64,000 nt of DNA from NCBI GenBank assembly GCA_963740005.1, contig CAVUCO010000030.1, forward strand, positions 81,232-145,231. The letters run 5' to 3'. Numbering within the stretch: position 1 is the first letter of the stretch; each line of letters opens with the position of its first letter. Made by a program: the position numbers and the translations under genes. A model generated the notes under the pieces. The model was not told where the DNA came from, did not search any database, and worked only from the letters and a program-made list of their open reading frames with translations. This DNA comes from an uncultured Acidobacteriaceae bacterium. Its GTDB lineage: Bacteria > Acidobacteriota > Terriglobia > Bryobacterales > Bryobacteraceae. Shown here in pieces: positions 10,582-20,920 of the stretch.

Positions 10582-11013
10582 TTGAGCTCACAACGTGAAA
10601 TCCTGCTGATCGAAGACAATCCCGGCGATGTCCGGTTAATGCGCGAAGCCCTCCGGAATGCCGATTCCGGGGCAACGCTTCGAGTGGTAAACGATGGCGA
10701 CGAAGCCTTGCGTTACCTGCGTCAGGAAGGCGAGTACGTGGATGCCCGGCGCCCCAGCTTGATATTCATGGACTTGAACCTGCCGAAGTCCGACGCGCGC
10801 GAGTTGCTGGTCCATCTGAAGAGCAACCAGACCTTGAAAGTAATCCCTGTGGCAGTGCTCACCACCTCCGACGCCGAGCGGGATATACGCGAGATTTACG
10901 AACTTCACGCCAACTGTTATTTGCGAAAGCCGGCGGATCTCGATTCCTATTTCGAGACCATCCGGCAGGCGGTCTATTTCTGGCTCACCGTGGCAGTTGT
11001 GCCGTCTGAATAA
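10582..11013 (+). CDS. Single-domain response regulator (Rcp1-like)
   Basis: LLIEDNPGD, MDLNLP, LTTS and ANCYLRKP motifs. Confidence 0.92.
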   Translation: MSSQREILLIEDNPGDVRLMREALRNADSGATLRVVNDGDEALRYLRQEGEYVDARRPSLIFMDLNLPKSDARELLVHLKSNQTLKVIPVAVLTTSDAERDIREIYELHANCYLRKPADLDSYFETIRQAVYFWLTVAVVPSE

Positions 11014-11077
11014 TGCGGTTCCGCGCGAGCCGCTGAGAGCGTTTCCGATGGCCGCCATTCTGCTATGATTGCGGCGC

Positions 11078-12022
11078 ATGAGTGACTACTCGATTGGTGT
11101 TGACCTGGGCGGCACGAACCTGCGGGCCGCGGCAATCGATCGCAGCGGAAACATCCTGGCGCGAGCCTCTTCAACCACGCACGATCCCGACAGCCGCGAT
11201 GCCATCGTCGGCGGCATCGTGACGGCTATCCACGCTGTGCGGTCTGAAGTAAAGGGCGGGACGCTCCTGGGCGTTGGTATCGGCATTCCCGGATACATCC
11301 AAATGAGAACCGGTGTCGTCATCGGCTCAGCCAACCTTCCCGGTCTGGATGGCTTCCCTTTTCGCGATGAAGTCCGCAAACGCGTGGACGCGGACATCAT
11401 CCTCGAAAACGATGCCAACGCAGCCGCGCTCGGCGAGCAGTGGATGGGCGCCGGCCGCGACCGGAAAGAACTCGTGCTGGTGACCCTCGGGACGGGCATC
11501 GGCGGCGGCATCATCGTCGATGGCCGAATTCTGCACGGCTTCCTTGGCATGGCAGGCGAGATCGGTCACATGACCGTGATTCCCGACGGCAACCCCTGTG
11601 GCTGTGGGAATTATGGCTGCCTGGAGAAGCATGCCTCAGCCACTGCCATCGTGAGCATGGCCCGCGCGCTCGGCCTGGGTGACTACAACCTCACCTCGGA
11701 GGACGTCTACAAGCTGGCTGTCGGCGGCAGCCAGCGGGCGCAGGCCGTGTTTGACAGCATGGGCCGTGCCCTCGGCATGGCGCTGGCGAATCTCATCAAT
11801 GTCTTTAATTTCCCCCTTTACCTGCTCAGCGGAGGCGTCTTGCCCGCCTGGGATCTGTTCACTCCGGCGATGTTTGAGCAAGTAAGAAAGCGTTCGTTTA
11901 CCTTCACTCGCACCGACACGAAGATCGAAAAGGCCACTCTCGGAAATGAAGCGGGCCTTTTTGGCGCGGCCTACCTGCCATTTCAGATTGCAGAGCGCGG
12001 CGCCGAAGCGGTCATCAGCTAA
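11078..12022 (+). CDS. ROK family sugar kinase (glucokinase-like)
   Basis: GVDLGGT, ENDANAAA, GTGIGGG, GEIGH and CGCGNYGCLE motifs. Confidence 0.93.
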   Translation: MSDYSIGVDLGGTNLRAAAIDRSGNILARASSTTHDPDSRDAIVGGIVTAIHAVRSEVKGGTLLGVGIGIPGYIQMRTGVVIGSANLPGLDGFPFRDEVRKRVDADIILENDANAAALGEQWMGAGRDRKELVLVTLGTGIGGGIIVDGRILHGFLGMAGEIGHMTVIPDGNPCGCGNYGCLEKHASATAIVSMARALGLGDYNLTSEDVYKLAVGGSQRAQAVFDSMGRALGMALANLINVFNFPLYLLSGGVLPAWDLFTPAMFEQVRKRSFTFTRTDTKIEKATLGNEAGLFGAAYLPFQIAERGAEAVIS

Positions 12023-12038
12023 GGATCTGGAGAATCTC

Positions 12039-13547
12039 ATGTACTGGCTCGGCCTTGATATTGGCACCGGTGGCTCGCGTGCGTTACTGGTGGACTCCCA
12101 AGGGATCGTCCGGCATGCCTTTACCGCCCCTCACGAGGAGATGGCCATGGCCCGGCCGTTGTGGGCCGAACAGGATCCCGCGGACTGGTGGAGAGCGTCC
12201 CAGGCAGCGATTCAGGGGGTGTTGCGCCTTGCCGGCGCCGATGGCTCGTCCGTAAAAGGCGTGGGCTTGTCCGGGCAAATGCATGGTCTCGTCCTCCTGG
12301 ATTCAAGCCGCCAGGTCATTCGACCTTCGCTCATCTGGTGCGATCAGCGAAGCCAGGAGCAGGTCGATTTCATCAATGCCAAGGTTGGCAAACAGAAGGT
12401 CCTCGACTATACCGCCAATCCGGTGCTAACCGGCTTTACTCTCCCCAAACTGCTCTGGGTTCGCGACCATGAACCTCAGAACTTTGCGCGCGTCAGTAAG
12501 ATGCTGCTGCCCAAGGACTACGTTCGTTTTCAGTTAACCGGGGAATTTGCAACCGAGGTCTCCGACGCAAGCGGCACCTCACTCTTCGACGTTGTGAATC
12601 GCCGCTGGTCAGCCGGTATGACCGGCGCACTCGGCTTGGATGCCGCCATCCTGCCCAAAGCCTACGAGTCGAGCGACGTCACCGGAGCCATATCGAAACA
12701 GGCGGCTGAACTCACCGGCCTGCGCGAGGGCACGCCGGTAGTGGGCGGCGGAGGGGATCAGGCGGCCAGCGCCATCGGCAATGGCATCGTTGCCCCCGGT
12801 TACGTATCCTGCACCCTCGGCACATCAGGGGTTGTTTTCGCCTATCTCGAAAAACCAGCCTACGATGCGGCCGGCCGCGTCCACACCTTCTGCCACGCGA
12901 TTCCCGGCGTTTGGCACGTCATGGGCGTCACCCAGGGCGCGGGCTTGAGCTTCCAGTGGTTCCGAAACCGCCTCGCCCCCACCCCTTCCTACGACGATCT
13001 AACCGCCGAAGCGGCTGCTTCGCCGGCCGGCTCACAAGGCCTGTTCTGGCTGCCCTACCTCATGGGCGAACGGACCCCACATCTCGATGCCCTGGCGCGC
13101 GGCGCATGGGTCGGTCTCACCGCCAAACACGCTCGCGCTGATCTGATCCGATCCATCCTCGAAGGCGTTAGTTATAGCCTGCGCGATTGCCTGGAAATCA
13201 TTGCCGGGATGGGTGCTCCCATCTCGCTCGTCCGCTTGTCCGGGGGTGGCGCGGCGAGCCCGTTCTGGCATCAGCTTTTCGCCGACATCTTCGGCAAACG
13301 TGTCGTAACACTAGAAACCAAGGAGGGCTCGGCTTACGGCGCCTCACTGCTAGCGCTCGTCGGCACCGGCGAATACGGGTCGGCTCGCGAATTGTGCAAT
13401 CAGGCCATCAAGGAATCGGCTGTGAAAGAGCCCGAGGCCGGCAGCGCCGCCTTCTACAACCGTGCTTACGAAATCTACCGGTCGCTGTACCCCGCCCTCA
13501 AAGAGACCTATCAAGCCATTTCACATCTCGGAAGCGATCAAGTGTAA
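12039..13547 (+). CDS. xylB: Xylulokinase (FGGY family)
   Basis: GLDIGT, SGQMHG, GGGDQAA and PYLMGERTP motifs. Confidence 0.9.
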   Translation: MYWLGLDIGTGGSRALLVDSQGIVRHAFTAPHEEMAMARPLWAEQDPADWWRASQAAIQGVLRLAGADGSSVKGVGLSGQMHGLVLLDSSRQVIRPSLIWCDQRSQEQVDFINAKVGKQKVLDYTANPVLTGFTLPKLLWVRDHEPQNFARVSKMLLPKDYVRFQLTGEFATEVSDASGTSLFDVVNRRWSAGMTGALGLDAAILPKAYESSDVTGAISKQAAELTGLREGTPVVGGGGDQAASAIGNGIVAPGYVSCTLGTSGVVFAYLEKPAYDAAGRVHTFCHAIPGVWHVMGVTQGAGLSFQWFRNRLAPTPSYDDLTAEAAASPAGSQGLFWLPYLMGERTPHLDALARGAWVGLTAKHARADLIRSILEGVSYSLRDCLEIIAGMGAPISLVRLSGGGAASPFWHQLFADIFGKRVVTLETKEGSAYGASLLALVGTGEYGSARELCNQAIKESAVKEPEAGSAAFYNRAYEIYRSLYPALKETYQAISHLGSDQV

Positions 13548-13592
13548 GCCGCCCGCTGACTAACAGTCGGCGAAACCCTTACACTAGGGTCG

Positions 13593-16034
13593 ATGGCCGA
13601 GCCCCTCCATAGTCAGCGTGATGCCGCCCAGTTCTGCGACGTCAGCCTCCCTGTTCCGGTGGACCGGCTCTTCACCTATGAACTCCCCTTGACCCTGCGC
13701 CATCGCGCTCGCCCGGGTTCCAGGGTCCTGGTTCCCTTTAGCAATCGCCGGCTCATTGGCTTCATTCTGAACTTGCGCCACGATTCTGACACCGCTCCCG
13801 CGCGTGAAGTCCTGCGGCTGCTGGACGAATGTCCCGTCCTCGACGCGGATATGCTGCGCCTCGGTCAATGGATCGCCGAATACTACTGTGCCCCGCTGGG
13901 CGAAGTTCTGCGCGGTATGCTCCCGCTAGCGGGCGAGACCCGGAAAACGCTTACTTACGCCTTGACCAGCGCCGGCCGCGACATCGCCCGCCAGCTATCG
14001 ATTCATGAGGACGAGAGCGCAACCACCCGGATCGTCCGGCTTCTCGATGAGAAACCGCGCACGCTCGAGTACGTCAGCCGTAAGATCGAGCGCGCGAAGC
14101 CCGCGCTCCAGTCGCTCCTGAAGCGCGGATGGATCTCAGCCACCGAAGAACACTCGGATCGCGATCCGCTGCGCGCATCCAGCGATCGCCTGCGCGTCGA
14201 GTTTCGCGAACGTCCCGCGGAAGGATTGAAGCTCAAAAAGGCCGAACGTGAATTGCTTGCGTTCCTGGAGTTGCACCCCGGCGCCCACGAACTCAAAGAC
14301 CTGACCGGCCTCCTCAAGAAGGCCCGTGAGGCAGCACGCGCGCTGGCGCGCCGCGAGTTGATTACTCTGACCACCGAAATGGAGATCAGCACAGACGGCT
14401 TCGAACGGCCCACACCGGAACTGAACCCGCACCAGCAATCGGCTTTTGACGCCATCGCGCAAGCGCTGGCTGCCCGCCAGTTCCAGCCCTTCCTGCTGCA
14501 CGGAGTAACCGGATCCGGTAAAACCGAAGTCTATATGCGGGCCATCGAAGCGACGCTCGAGCGCAATCTTAACGCTCTTCTGCTGGTACCCGAAATCGCG
14601 CTGACCCCCGCCGTCGCGGGCCAGTTCTTTCATCGCTTCGGCCGCCAGGTCGCCATTCTCCATTCGGCTTTCAGTGAATCCGAGCGCGCCGAGCAGTGGC
14701 GCCGCATTCGCGAAGGGAAGGCTCGCGTGGTGGTGGGCACTCGCTCCGGCGTCTTCGCGCCGGTCCAGAACCTGGGGCTTATCATCATCGACGAAGAGCA
14801 CGACGCCAGCTACAAGCAGCAGGACACGCCTCGCTACAACGGCCGCGACGTCGCACTGGTTCGCGCCAAGAACGCCCATGCTGTAGCGATTCTTGGCTCG
14901 GCCACGCCGAGCATTGAAACCCGTTTCAACGCCTCCTCCCAAAAGTACGGCTTGCTTCGCCTGCCCGAGCGTGTCGCACAGCGGCCGATGCCCCAGGTCG
15001 AGATTATCGACATGCGTCAGGAATTTCTGGAGACCAGGCGCCAGGACACCTTCTCGCGAAAGCTGCTCGAGCAAATCGAAGAGCGCCTCAAGAACCGCGA
15101 GCAGGTCATGCTGCTGCTGAACCGCCGCGGTTTCTCCAGTTTCATGGTGTGTCGCGCCTGTGGCGAGCGCCTGCCCTGCGTGAATTGCTCGGTCACGCTG
15201 ACCTATCACAAGCGCGACCGCCGCATGCTGTGCCACTATTGCGGCTACGCGGAGAAGGTTCCGTCGATTTGTCCGAAGTGCGGCAGCGACCACGTCCAGT
15301 TCCTGGGAACCGGGTCCGAGCGTGTCGAGGCGGAACTGTTCGCCCACTTTCCCACCGCCCGCATCGCGCGCCTCGACCGCGACTCTACCAGCAACAAAGG
15401 CTCCTTCGAAGAGATCCTGCGGGCGTTTCGCAACGGCGATATCGACATCCTGGTTGGCACCCAGATGATCGCCAAAGGGCACGACATCCCCAACGTGACG
15501 CTAGTCGGTGTCGTCCTGGCCGACATTGGCCTCTCGATGCCCGACTTCCGCGCCGCCGAACGGAGCTTCCAACTACTGACCCAAGCCGCTGGACGCGCCG
15601 GTCGGGGCGACCTCGCCGGCCAGGTGGTGATCCAGACCCTGAATCCAGATCATTACGCCATCCAGTTCGCCGCTGCTCAGGATTACGAAGGCTTTGCCAA
15701 GAAAGAGCTGGATTTCCGCAAATGGCTTCGCTATCCTCCGTTCTCCGCTTTTGCCAATGTCCTGGTTCGCGCCGGCAAACAGGAGGACGCCTTGCGAATG
15801 GCCACCGCCATCGGCTATCTCCTCAACCCGCCGCCCGAAGGCACCAAAGTGATGGGCCCCGCCGAAGCCCCTGTGCCGCGGCTCAAGAACGAGTACCGCT
15901 ACCAGATCCTGCTCAAATCGGCCCTACGCAGCACCCTCCGCAAGACGCTCGATCGGGTACGCCAGTATGCCGCCGATCAGAAATGGCCTGCGACGGCACT
16001 GGTCATTGATATCGACCCGCTGAGCCTGATGTAA
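13593..16034 (+). CDS. priA: Primosomal protein N' (replication restart helicase)
   Basis: GVTGSGKTEVY, DEEHD, four CxxC pairs, GTQMIAKG and C-terminal DIDP. Confidence 0.97.
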   Translation: MAEPLHSQRDAAQFCDVSLPVPVDRLFTYELPLTLRHRARPGSRVLVPFSNRRLIGFILNLRHDSDTAPAREVLRLLDECPVLDADMLRLGQWIAEYYCAPLGEVLRGMLPLAGETRKTLTYALTSAGRDIARQLSIHEDESATTRIVRLLDEKPRTLEYVSRKIERAKPALQSLLKRGWISATEEHSDRDPLRASSDRLRVEFRERPAEGLKLKKAERELLAFLELHPGAHELKDLTGLLKKAREAARALARRELITLTTEMEISTDGFERPTPELNPHQQSAFDAIAQALAARQFQPFLLHGVTGSGKTEVYMRAIEATLERNLNALLLVPEIALTPAVAGQFFHRFGRQVAILHSAFSESERAEQWRRIREGKARVVVGTRSGVFAPVQNLGLIIIDEEHDASYKQQDTPRYNGRDVALVRAKNAHAVAILGSATPSIETRFNASSQKYGLLRLPERVAQRPMPQVEIIDMRQEFLETRRQDTFSRKLLEQIEERLKNREQVMLLLNRRGFSSFMVCRACGERLPCVNCSVTLTYHKRDRRMLCHYCGYAEKVPSICPKCGSDHVQFLGTGSERVEAELFAHFPTARIARLDRDSTSNKGSFEEILRAFRNGDIDILVGTQMIAKGHDIPNVTLVGVVLADIGLSMPDFRAAERSFQLLTQAAGRAGRGDLAGQVVIQTLNPDHYAIQFAAAQDYEGFAKKELDFRKWLRYPPFSAFANVLVRAGKQEDALRMATAIGYLLNPPPEGTKVMGPAEAPVPRLKNEYRYQILLKSALRSTLRKTLDRVRQYAADQKWPATALVIDIDPLSLM

Positions 16035-16051
16035 GAGCAAAACGCTGAACG

Positions 16052-16077
16052 GAGCCGCGACTGTGAAGGAGCGAACG
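16052..16077 (+). repeat. REP-like intergenic repeat, class A
   Basis: GAGCCGCGACTGTGAAGGAGCGAACG; near-identical copies at 32576 and 38047. Confidence 0.75.
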
Positions 16078-16187
16078 CATCGCCCGGAGAGCAAACGATC
16101 CCCGTTGCGAAAACACTGATTGGGGGCCTCAACATCAGCCGTCCCTGATCCTAAACGGGTCAACAGTGAGTTGTTACGCTGATTGGC

Positions 16188-16613
16188 ATGCGCCCTCAAC
16201 CCCTCATCGCCGTAACTGATGTGGAAGCAAGTAGCAGATGGTATCAGCATCTGCTGGGCTGCCGAAGCAAGCATGGGGGCTCCGAATACGAACAATTGGT
16301 TTCGAATGGCCAACTTATCCTTCAGCTGCACCGCTTCGAAGTAGAACACGAGCACGGTCCGATCGGCGATCGGAATGACAAGCCATACGGAAACGGCGTC
16401 TTGCTGTGGTTCGAGGTAGACGACTTCGATGCGGTCATCGAACGCTCCCGTGAACTGGGTGTAGAGATTGTCGTGCCCAAGCATCGAAACCCTCCTGATG
16501 GTGCGGGCGGTCCGAACCATTGGGAATGTTGGATGCGGGACCCGGACGGCTATGTCGTCGTGGTTGCCAGCCCGTACGGGTCGGCTGGCGGTAGCTGGCG
16601 TCCTGGGCAGTAG
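16188..16613 (+). CDS. VOC/glyoxalase family protein
   Basis: IAVTDVEAS..WY, LWFEVDDFD and RDPDGY motifs. Confidence 0.88.
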   Translation: MRPQPLIAVTDVEASSRWYQHLLGCRSKHGGSEYEQLVSNGQLILQLHRFEVEHEHGPIGDRNDKPYGNGVLLWFEVDDFDAVIERSRELGVEIVVPKHRNPPDGAGGPNHWECWMRDPDGYVVVVASPYGSAGGSWRPGQ

Positions 16614-16701
16614 AATGCCGACTGTGAGGAGACGCGTAGCGCCTGCCGGCACCCTCGACATTTACTCATGTCTCGCCGGATGTTAAACTTGAGTTGCTTG
16701 C

Positions 16702-16779
16702 GGCGGTTGTAGCTCAGTTGGTAGTAGCGCCAGATTGTGGTTCTGGATGTCGTGGGTTCGAATCCCACCAGCCGCCCCA
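16702..16779 (+). tRNA. tRNA-His(GTG)
   Basis: Cloverleaf with G-1:C73 8-bp acceptor stem, CCAGA-TTGTGGT-TCTGG anticodon arm, TTCGAAT loop and encoded CCA. Confidence 0.97.
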
Positions 16780-16813
16780 GTAACTCTTTGTCCGGTAAGC
16801 CACCGTCGACCGT

Positions 16814-17056
16814 ATGACTGTGTCCATTGAGGTTTCGAGGGAACAGCTAGCCGCCCTCAAGGCAAAGGCCGCAGCGCAGGGTCTTACCCTTCAGGAGTGG
16901 CTGCGCAAGCTTGCGGAGGAGAATGAATCCGATCAACCAGCCAAGCCGTTCAAGTCGGGCTACGGGATGCTGGCCAAGTATGGCCGTGCTCCGTCGGCTG
17001 AGGAAATCGACGAAAACCGTCGAGAGATGTTCCGCAGCTTCGCAGAAGACTCTTAA
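16814..17056 (+). CDS. Putative antitoxin (ribbon-helix-helix-like)
   Basis: 80 aa, RHH-like N-terminus; TAATG overlap with the PIN-domain gene. Confidence 0.7.
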   Translation: MTVSIEVSREQLAALKAKAAAQGLTLQEWLRKLAEENESDQPAKPFKSGYGMLAKYGRAPSAEEIDENRREMFRSFAEDS

Positions 17057-17456
17057 TGATCGCGGCCCTAGCCGACACCCACGCCGCGCTTTGGTATCTC
17101 TTTGCGGATCAGCGCTTGTCAGCTTCGGCCAAGTCAGCATTTGGTGACGCTGCGACTTCCCGGCGCAAAATTGTCTTGTCGTGATTAGCTTGGCCGAGGT
17201 TGTGTACCTCGTAGAGAAGGGCCGCGTTCCGGCCTCTGCGTACACTGACTTGCAAGAGGCACTGCACGATCCCGACCACGTTCTTCAGGAAGCGCCGGTA
17301 ACCGCCGAAATCATCGACACGATGTTGACTATTCCGCGCGTTGACATTCCAGATATGCCGGACCGTATTGTCGCAGCGACGGCGGTGTATTTTGGCGTGC
17401 CGGTCATCAGCCGCGATGGCCGCATCCGCACATCGGGCGTGCGAACCGTCTGGTGA
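17056..17456 (+). pseudogene. VapC/PIN toxin, frameshifted
   Basis: The frame from ATG 17056 reads MIAALADTHAALWYL... and stops at TGA near 17182. The remainder (ISLAEVVY...DMPDRIVAATA...ISRD) continues in the -1 frame. Confidence 0.8.
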
Positions 17457-17582
17457 GGCTCCGGCCCGGGTGAGGTTCTCTGCTTCGGATGTCATGACCG
17501 AAACTAGTTCAAATGAATCGCCATTGCCTGGACTTGGTGTTATAAACCCGTGCCGATGCTATGCTGAATCGGCACCAAAAAC

Positions 17583-17807
17583 ATGGCTTCAGCGATCAAG
17601 ACATTTGAAGAATGGATCGTGAAGTACCGGAAGCAAGACAGTATCCGTGGCGATCTGGCGAAAGACATGGCCCGGGACAAAAAGTGGCCGACAGGTATGG
17701 GTATAGAGATCTACCGCGCTCACGTCGGGATGCACGCCCGCGAGGCTCTTGATGAAGCTTGGAAAACCTATCAAGCTTACGTAAGGCGCGAAAGCCAAGC
17801 GAAGTAG
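17583..17807 (+). CDS. YozE SAM-like small protein
   Basis: TFEEW...GDLAKDM..D..WP pattern. Confidence 0.65.
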   Translation: MASAIKTFEEWIVKYRKQDSIRGDLAKDMARDKKWPTGMGIEIYRAHVGMHAREALDEAWKTYQAYVRRESQAK

Positions 17808-17813
17808 CGAAAC

Positions 17814-18308
17814 TTGTGTGTGAAGGCCGCCTCAATGCTGGGCACGTTTTATACGGTGAACGGAATTCCGCGCTTTCTCGTGAGTGACAGTTTTGCGCTC
17901 TCCCGGGAAGCATTCCACGAATTTGGAGGGTTCGACCAATCCTTTTCGCTACCTGCGGCGGAAGACCGTGAGTTTTGCGCAAGCTGGGTGCAGTCCGGGG
18001 GCCAGATGCGCTACTGTCGGGAAGTCGTCGTGCACCACGCTCATGCGCTGACGACAAAGGAATTCTTGCGCCAGCATTATCGATATGGGCGACGAGCCTG
18101 GCACTTTCACGATCTCTGCCGGGCGCGGGATTGGGAGGAGCCGCGTTTCCAGCCTCCGAGCTTTTATTTCGCTCTGCTGCAATATCCGCTCCGAAATGCA
18201 GACTGCCGAACCGTCGACCGCTTAGGGCACTGCATCTTGTTTTCTCGCCTCGCAGGCCGCCAACGCAGCTGGTTTTTTTCGCGAGCTTATAACCGGCCCG
18301 CGTGCTGA
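17814..18308 (+). pseudogene. Glycosyltransferase family 2 C-terminal fragment
   Basis: Has GGFDQSF...AAEDREFC but no N-terminal GT-A nucleotide-binding half and no DxD motif. Confidence 0.6.
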
Positions 18309-18482
18309 GGCGGCAGCTATGAATAAGCACCTCGGGTCGAATTCCTAGCCATTCGAAAGCATCCGATGCGCCGATTTCGCAGCTTACGCGGAAGCTCCAC
18401 TCAATAACTTGTCTATAATCATCGGAGAGAGCTGCCACTGTATCTCACAGCCGTCGTGGTGCTCTCTTGCCGCTTACCCTTC

Positions 18483-19292
18483 ATGGCTTCAATCCCAGGC
18501 CGCCATTTCGTTCGTAACTTCGTCACCAAACAGCACCTGCTGATGCAACTCGTCCGGCGCGATTTTCAACAGCGCTTCGTTGGCTCGGCCGCCGGATGGT
18601 TGTGGGGTTTTATACAACCGCTGGTTCTGCTGTTGAGCTGGGTATTCGTCTTCCGCGTCTGCTTGCACAGCAAGGTGCCCGCCGGCGAACCGACCGACAA
18701 TTACGTGATGTTTCTCGCCTGCGGTTATCTTCCCTTTCTCCTCTTTCAGGAGACCGTGACGCGCTGCTCAACCAGCTTGGTCGACAATGCGAACCTCATC
18801 ACCAAAACCGTTTTTCCGTCCGAGTTTATTCCGGTCGCCATTTTCTTCTCCACACTCGTGCAGCATCTACTGGCCTTAAGCATCGTGCTGCTCGCGGTTT
18901 TCGTGTGGCTGCGGCACGCCAGTCCCTGGATGCTGATGCTGCCCTTCTACACGCTCGCCATCGGGTTTCTGGCCATTGGCGTCGGCTGGATCGTCTCGGG
19001 CCTCCAGGTCTATCTGCGCGATACGTCTCAAGTGCTCGTGCTGATCCTGACCTTCTGGTTCTGGGTCACGCCCATCTTCATCGTGGAATCGCAGTACCCT
19101 GCCAAACTCCGCTTCCTGTTGCGCCTGAACCCGCTCGCCTACATGGTGCGCGCCTATCGCGACCGTTTGCTCTCAGGCCGTGTTCCTGCATGGAATGAAA
19201 TAGCGATCACCGCACTCTATTCAGCCGCCGTGTTCATTCTGGGCGGTCTGTTCTTCCGCCAGGTGAAGCGCGGCTTTGCCGACGTGCTGTAG
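18483..19292 (+). CDS. ABC-2 polysaccharide export permease (Wzm-like)
   Basis: RDFQQRF.GS..G..W, LITKTVFP, LRD, TPIF, NPL and FADVL motifs. Confidence 0.9.
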   Translation: MASIPGRHFVRNFVTKQHLLMQLVRRDFQQRFVGSAAGWLWGFIQPLVLLLSWVFVFRVCLHSKVPAGEPTDNYVMFLACGYLPFLLFQETVTRCSTSLVDNANLITKTVFPSEFIPVAIFFSTLVQHLLALSIVLLAVFVWLRHASPWMLMLPFYTLAIGFLAIGVGWIVSGLQVYLRDTSQVLVLILTFWFWVTPIFIVESQYPAKLRFLLRLNPLAYMVRAYRDRLLSGRVPAWNEIAITALYSAAVFILGGLFFRQVKRGFADVL

Positions 19293-19324
19293 GCGTTCTT
19301 CGCGTCCCTCACCACCGTGATGAC

Positions 19325-19870
19325 CTAAGGCCGCTGTTCTCGCGATCCCTCCCGCAGGCTCCGGTATTTTCGCAACAGCTCATACATCACTACAGCCCCC
19401 GCGCTCGCTACATTCAGGCTGTGCTTCAGCCCGAGCATCGGGATACGCACGTGCGTATCACACAGCTCCAGTAGCTGGCTGCCCAGCCCGTCTACCTCGT
19501 GCCCGAAGAGGATGCAGCTCGGAAACTGCGGTTTCCAGTCGAAAAGATCAACCGCCCGTGCACTGGTTTCAATCGCCACGATCTCGTAGCCATGACTCCG
19601 CAGGCCGCGTATCCGCTCCACCGGATCGGAAACGGACTGCCACGGCACGCGCTCCTCGGCGCCCAGGGCCGTCTTCGCGATCGCCTTCTTGGGCGGCCGC
19701 GCCGTAATCCCGCTGAGATAAATGCGCTCAATGCCCGCGCCATCCGCTGTACGGAAGAAGGCGCCCACGTTGTACATGCTGCGCACGTTATCCAGCAATA
19801 AGCTCACCGGCAGACGCCAGCCGTCGTAGGGCGTGGCTGCCGCCGTTGCCGCGTAGGGAATCCTCTCCAT
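19325..19870 (-). CDS. SpoU/TrmH family RNA methyltransferase
   Basis: LDNVRSMYNVGAFFRTAD, FGHE and IPMLG.KHSLNV motifs. Confidence 0.92.
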   Translation of the reverse strand: MERIPYAATAAATPYDGWRLPVSLLLDNVRSMYNVGAFFRTADGAGIERIYLSGITARPPKKAIAKTALGAEERVPWQSVSDPVERIRGLRSHGYEIVAIETSARAVDLFDWKPQFPSCILFGHEVDGLGSQLLELCDTHVRIPMLGLKHSLNVASAGAVVMYELLRKYRSLREGSREQRP

Positions 19871-19974
19871 CGTCCTTCAGCTTAAGCGAGGCTCGACCTA
19901 CCATGCCCGATCCGCGCCGAGAAGGTTTCACTTGCTACAATTTGATCTCGGGGCTCGCCAATCGGCTAATCAAC

Positions 19975-20916
19975 ATGGATCTCGATCAGCTCCACACTTT
20001 TCTGGAGATCGTTCGCCTGAAAAGTTTCTCGAAGGCCGCGCAGACCTGCTACCGCACGCAGCCCGCCATCAGCGCGCAGGTTCGCCAGCTCGAACAGGAG
20101 ATGAATACCACCCTCTTCGAGCGCCTCGGCACCAAGATTTCACTCACCGTCGCCGGTGGCATTTTCGCCGACTATGCCGAACAGATCCTCGCGCTCCGGC
20201 GGCGTGCCCAGGATGCCATCAACGAGTTGGAGAAAGTGCCGCGCGGCGAGCTCGTCATCGCAGCCAACGAAGCCACCTGCATCTATGTGCTGCCCACCGT
20301 CTTCGCCGAGTTTAAGAAGCAGTTCCCCAACGTGCAGCTGTCGGTCGACCGCTCCTACGGCTCCCGCGTGGTGCAAGCCGTCCTCGACAACCTCGCCGAT
20401 TTCGGCATCACCCAGCTCCCCGTTCAGGAGAAAAAACTCCAGGTCGTCAAAATTCATTCCGACGAAATCAAGCTGTTGGTCCCGGCTGGGCATAAACTGG
20501 TATCGAAAGAACAGGTGAGACCGCAGGACCTGGTCGGCCATCAGCTCTTGTTGCCCAAGACGGGAACCACCCGGGCCCGGTTGAATGAGTGGCTCGATCC
20601 GGTGGAAGATCAACTCACGGTCTCGATGGAGCTCGACTCTACCGAAATGATTAAACGCTTCGTGATGGCGGATCTCGGGTTATCGTTTCTCGCTGCTTCG
20701 CATTGCAGCGAGGAGGTAGAAGCGGGCAAGCTCGCCGCCTTATCGCTTGGGCCCGAGCCCATGATCCGTCGCGTCGGCCTGATTTACCGCAAAGACAAGT
20801 CGCTCGCCAAGGCCGCTCTGGGATTCATTCAGGTAACTCTGGAGAACGCCGGTATTGGCGCGGGCATGCCGCCACAAGCACAACGCCTTCCCCGGGCCGC
20901 AAATTCGCTCTTGTAA
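19975..20916 (+). CDS. LysR family transcriptional regulator
   Basis: SFSKAA...TQPAISAQVRQLE HTH plus substrate-binding domain. Confidence 0.95.
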   Translation: MDLDQLHTFLEIVRLKSFSKAAQTCYRTQPAISAQVRQLEQEMNTTLFERLGTKISLTVAGGIFADYAEQILALRRRAQDAINELEKVPRGELVIAANEATCIYVLPTVFAEFKKQFPNVQLSVDRSYGSRVVQAVLDNLADFGITQLPVQEKKLQVVKIHSDEIKLLVPAGHKLVSKEQVRPQDLVGHQLLLPKTGTTRARLNEWLDPVEDQLTVSMELDSTEMIKRFVMADLGLSFLAASHCSEEVEAGKLAALSLGPEPMIRRVGLIYRKDKSLAKAALGFIQVTLENAGIGAGMPPQAQRLPRAANSLL

Positions 20917-20920
20917 ACCT

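Noticed and set aside
14136-15482. 448-aa minus-strand ORF
   Set aside because: Antisense shadow of priA, as expected in GC-rich coding DNA.
16712-16728. Extra T in the tRNA-His D-arm
   Set aside because: Within normal D-arm variation.
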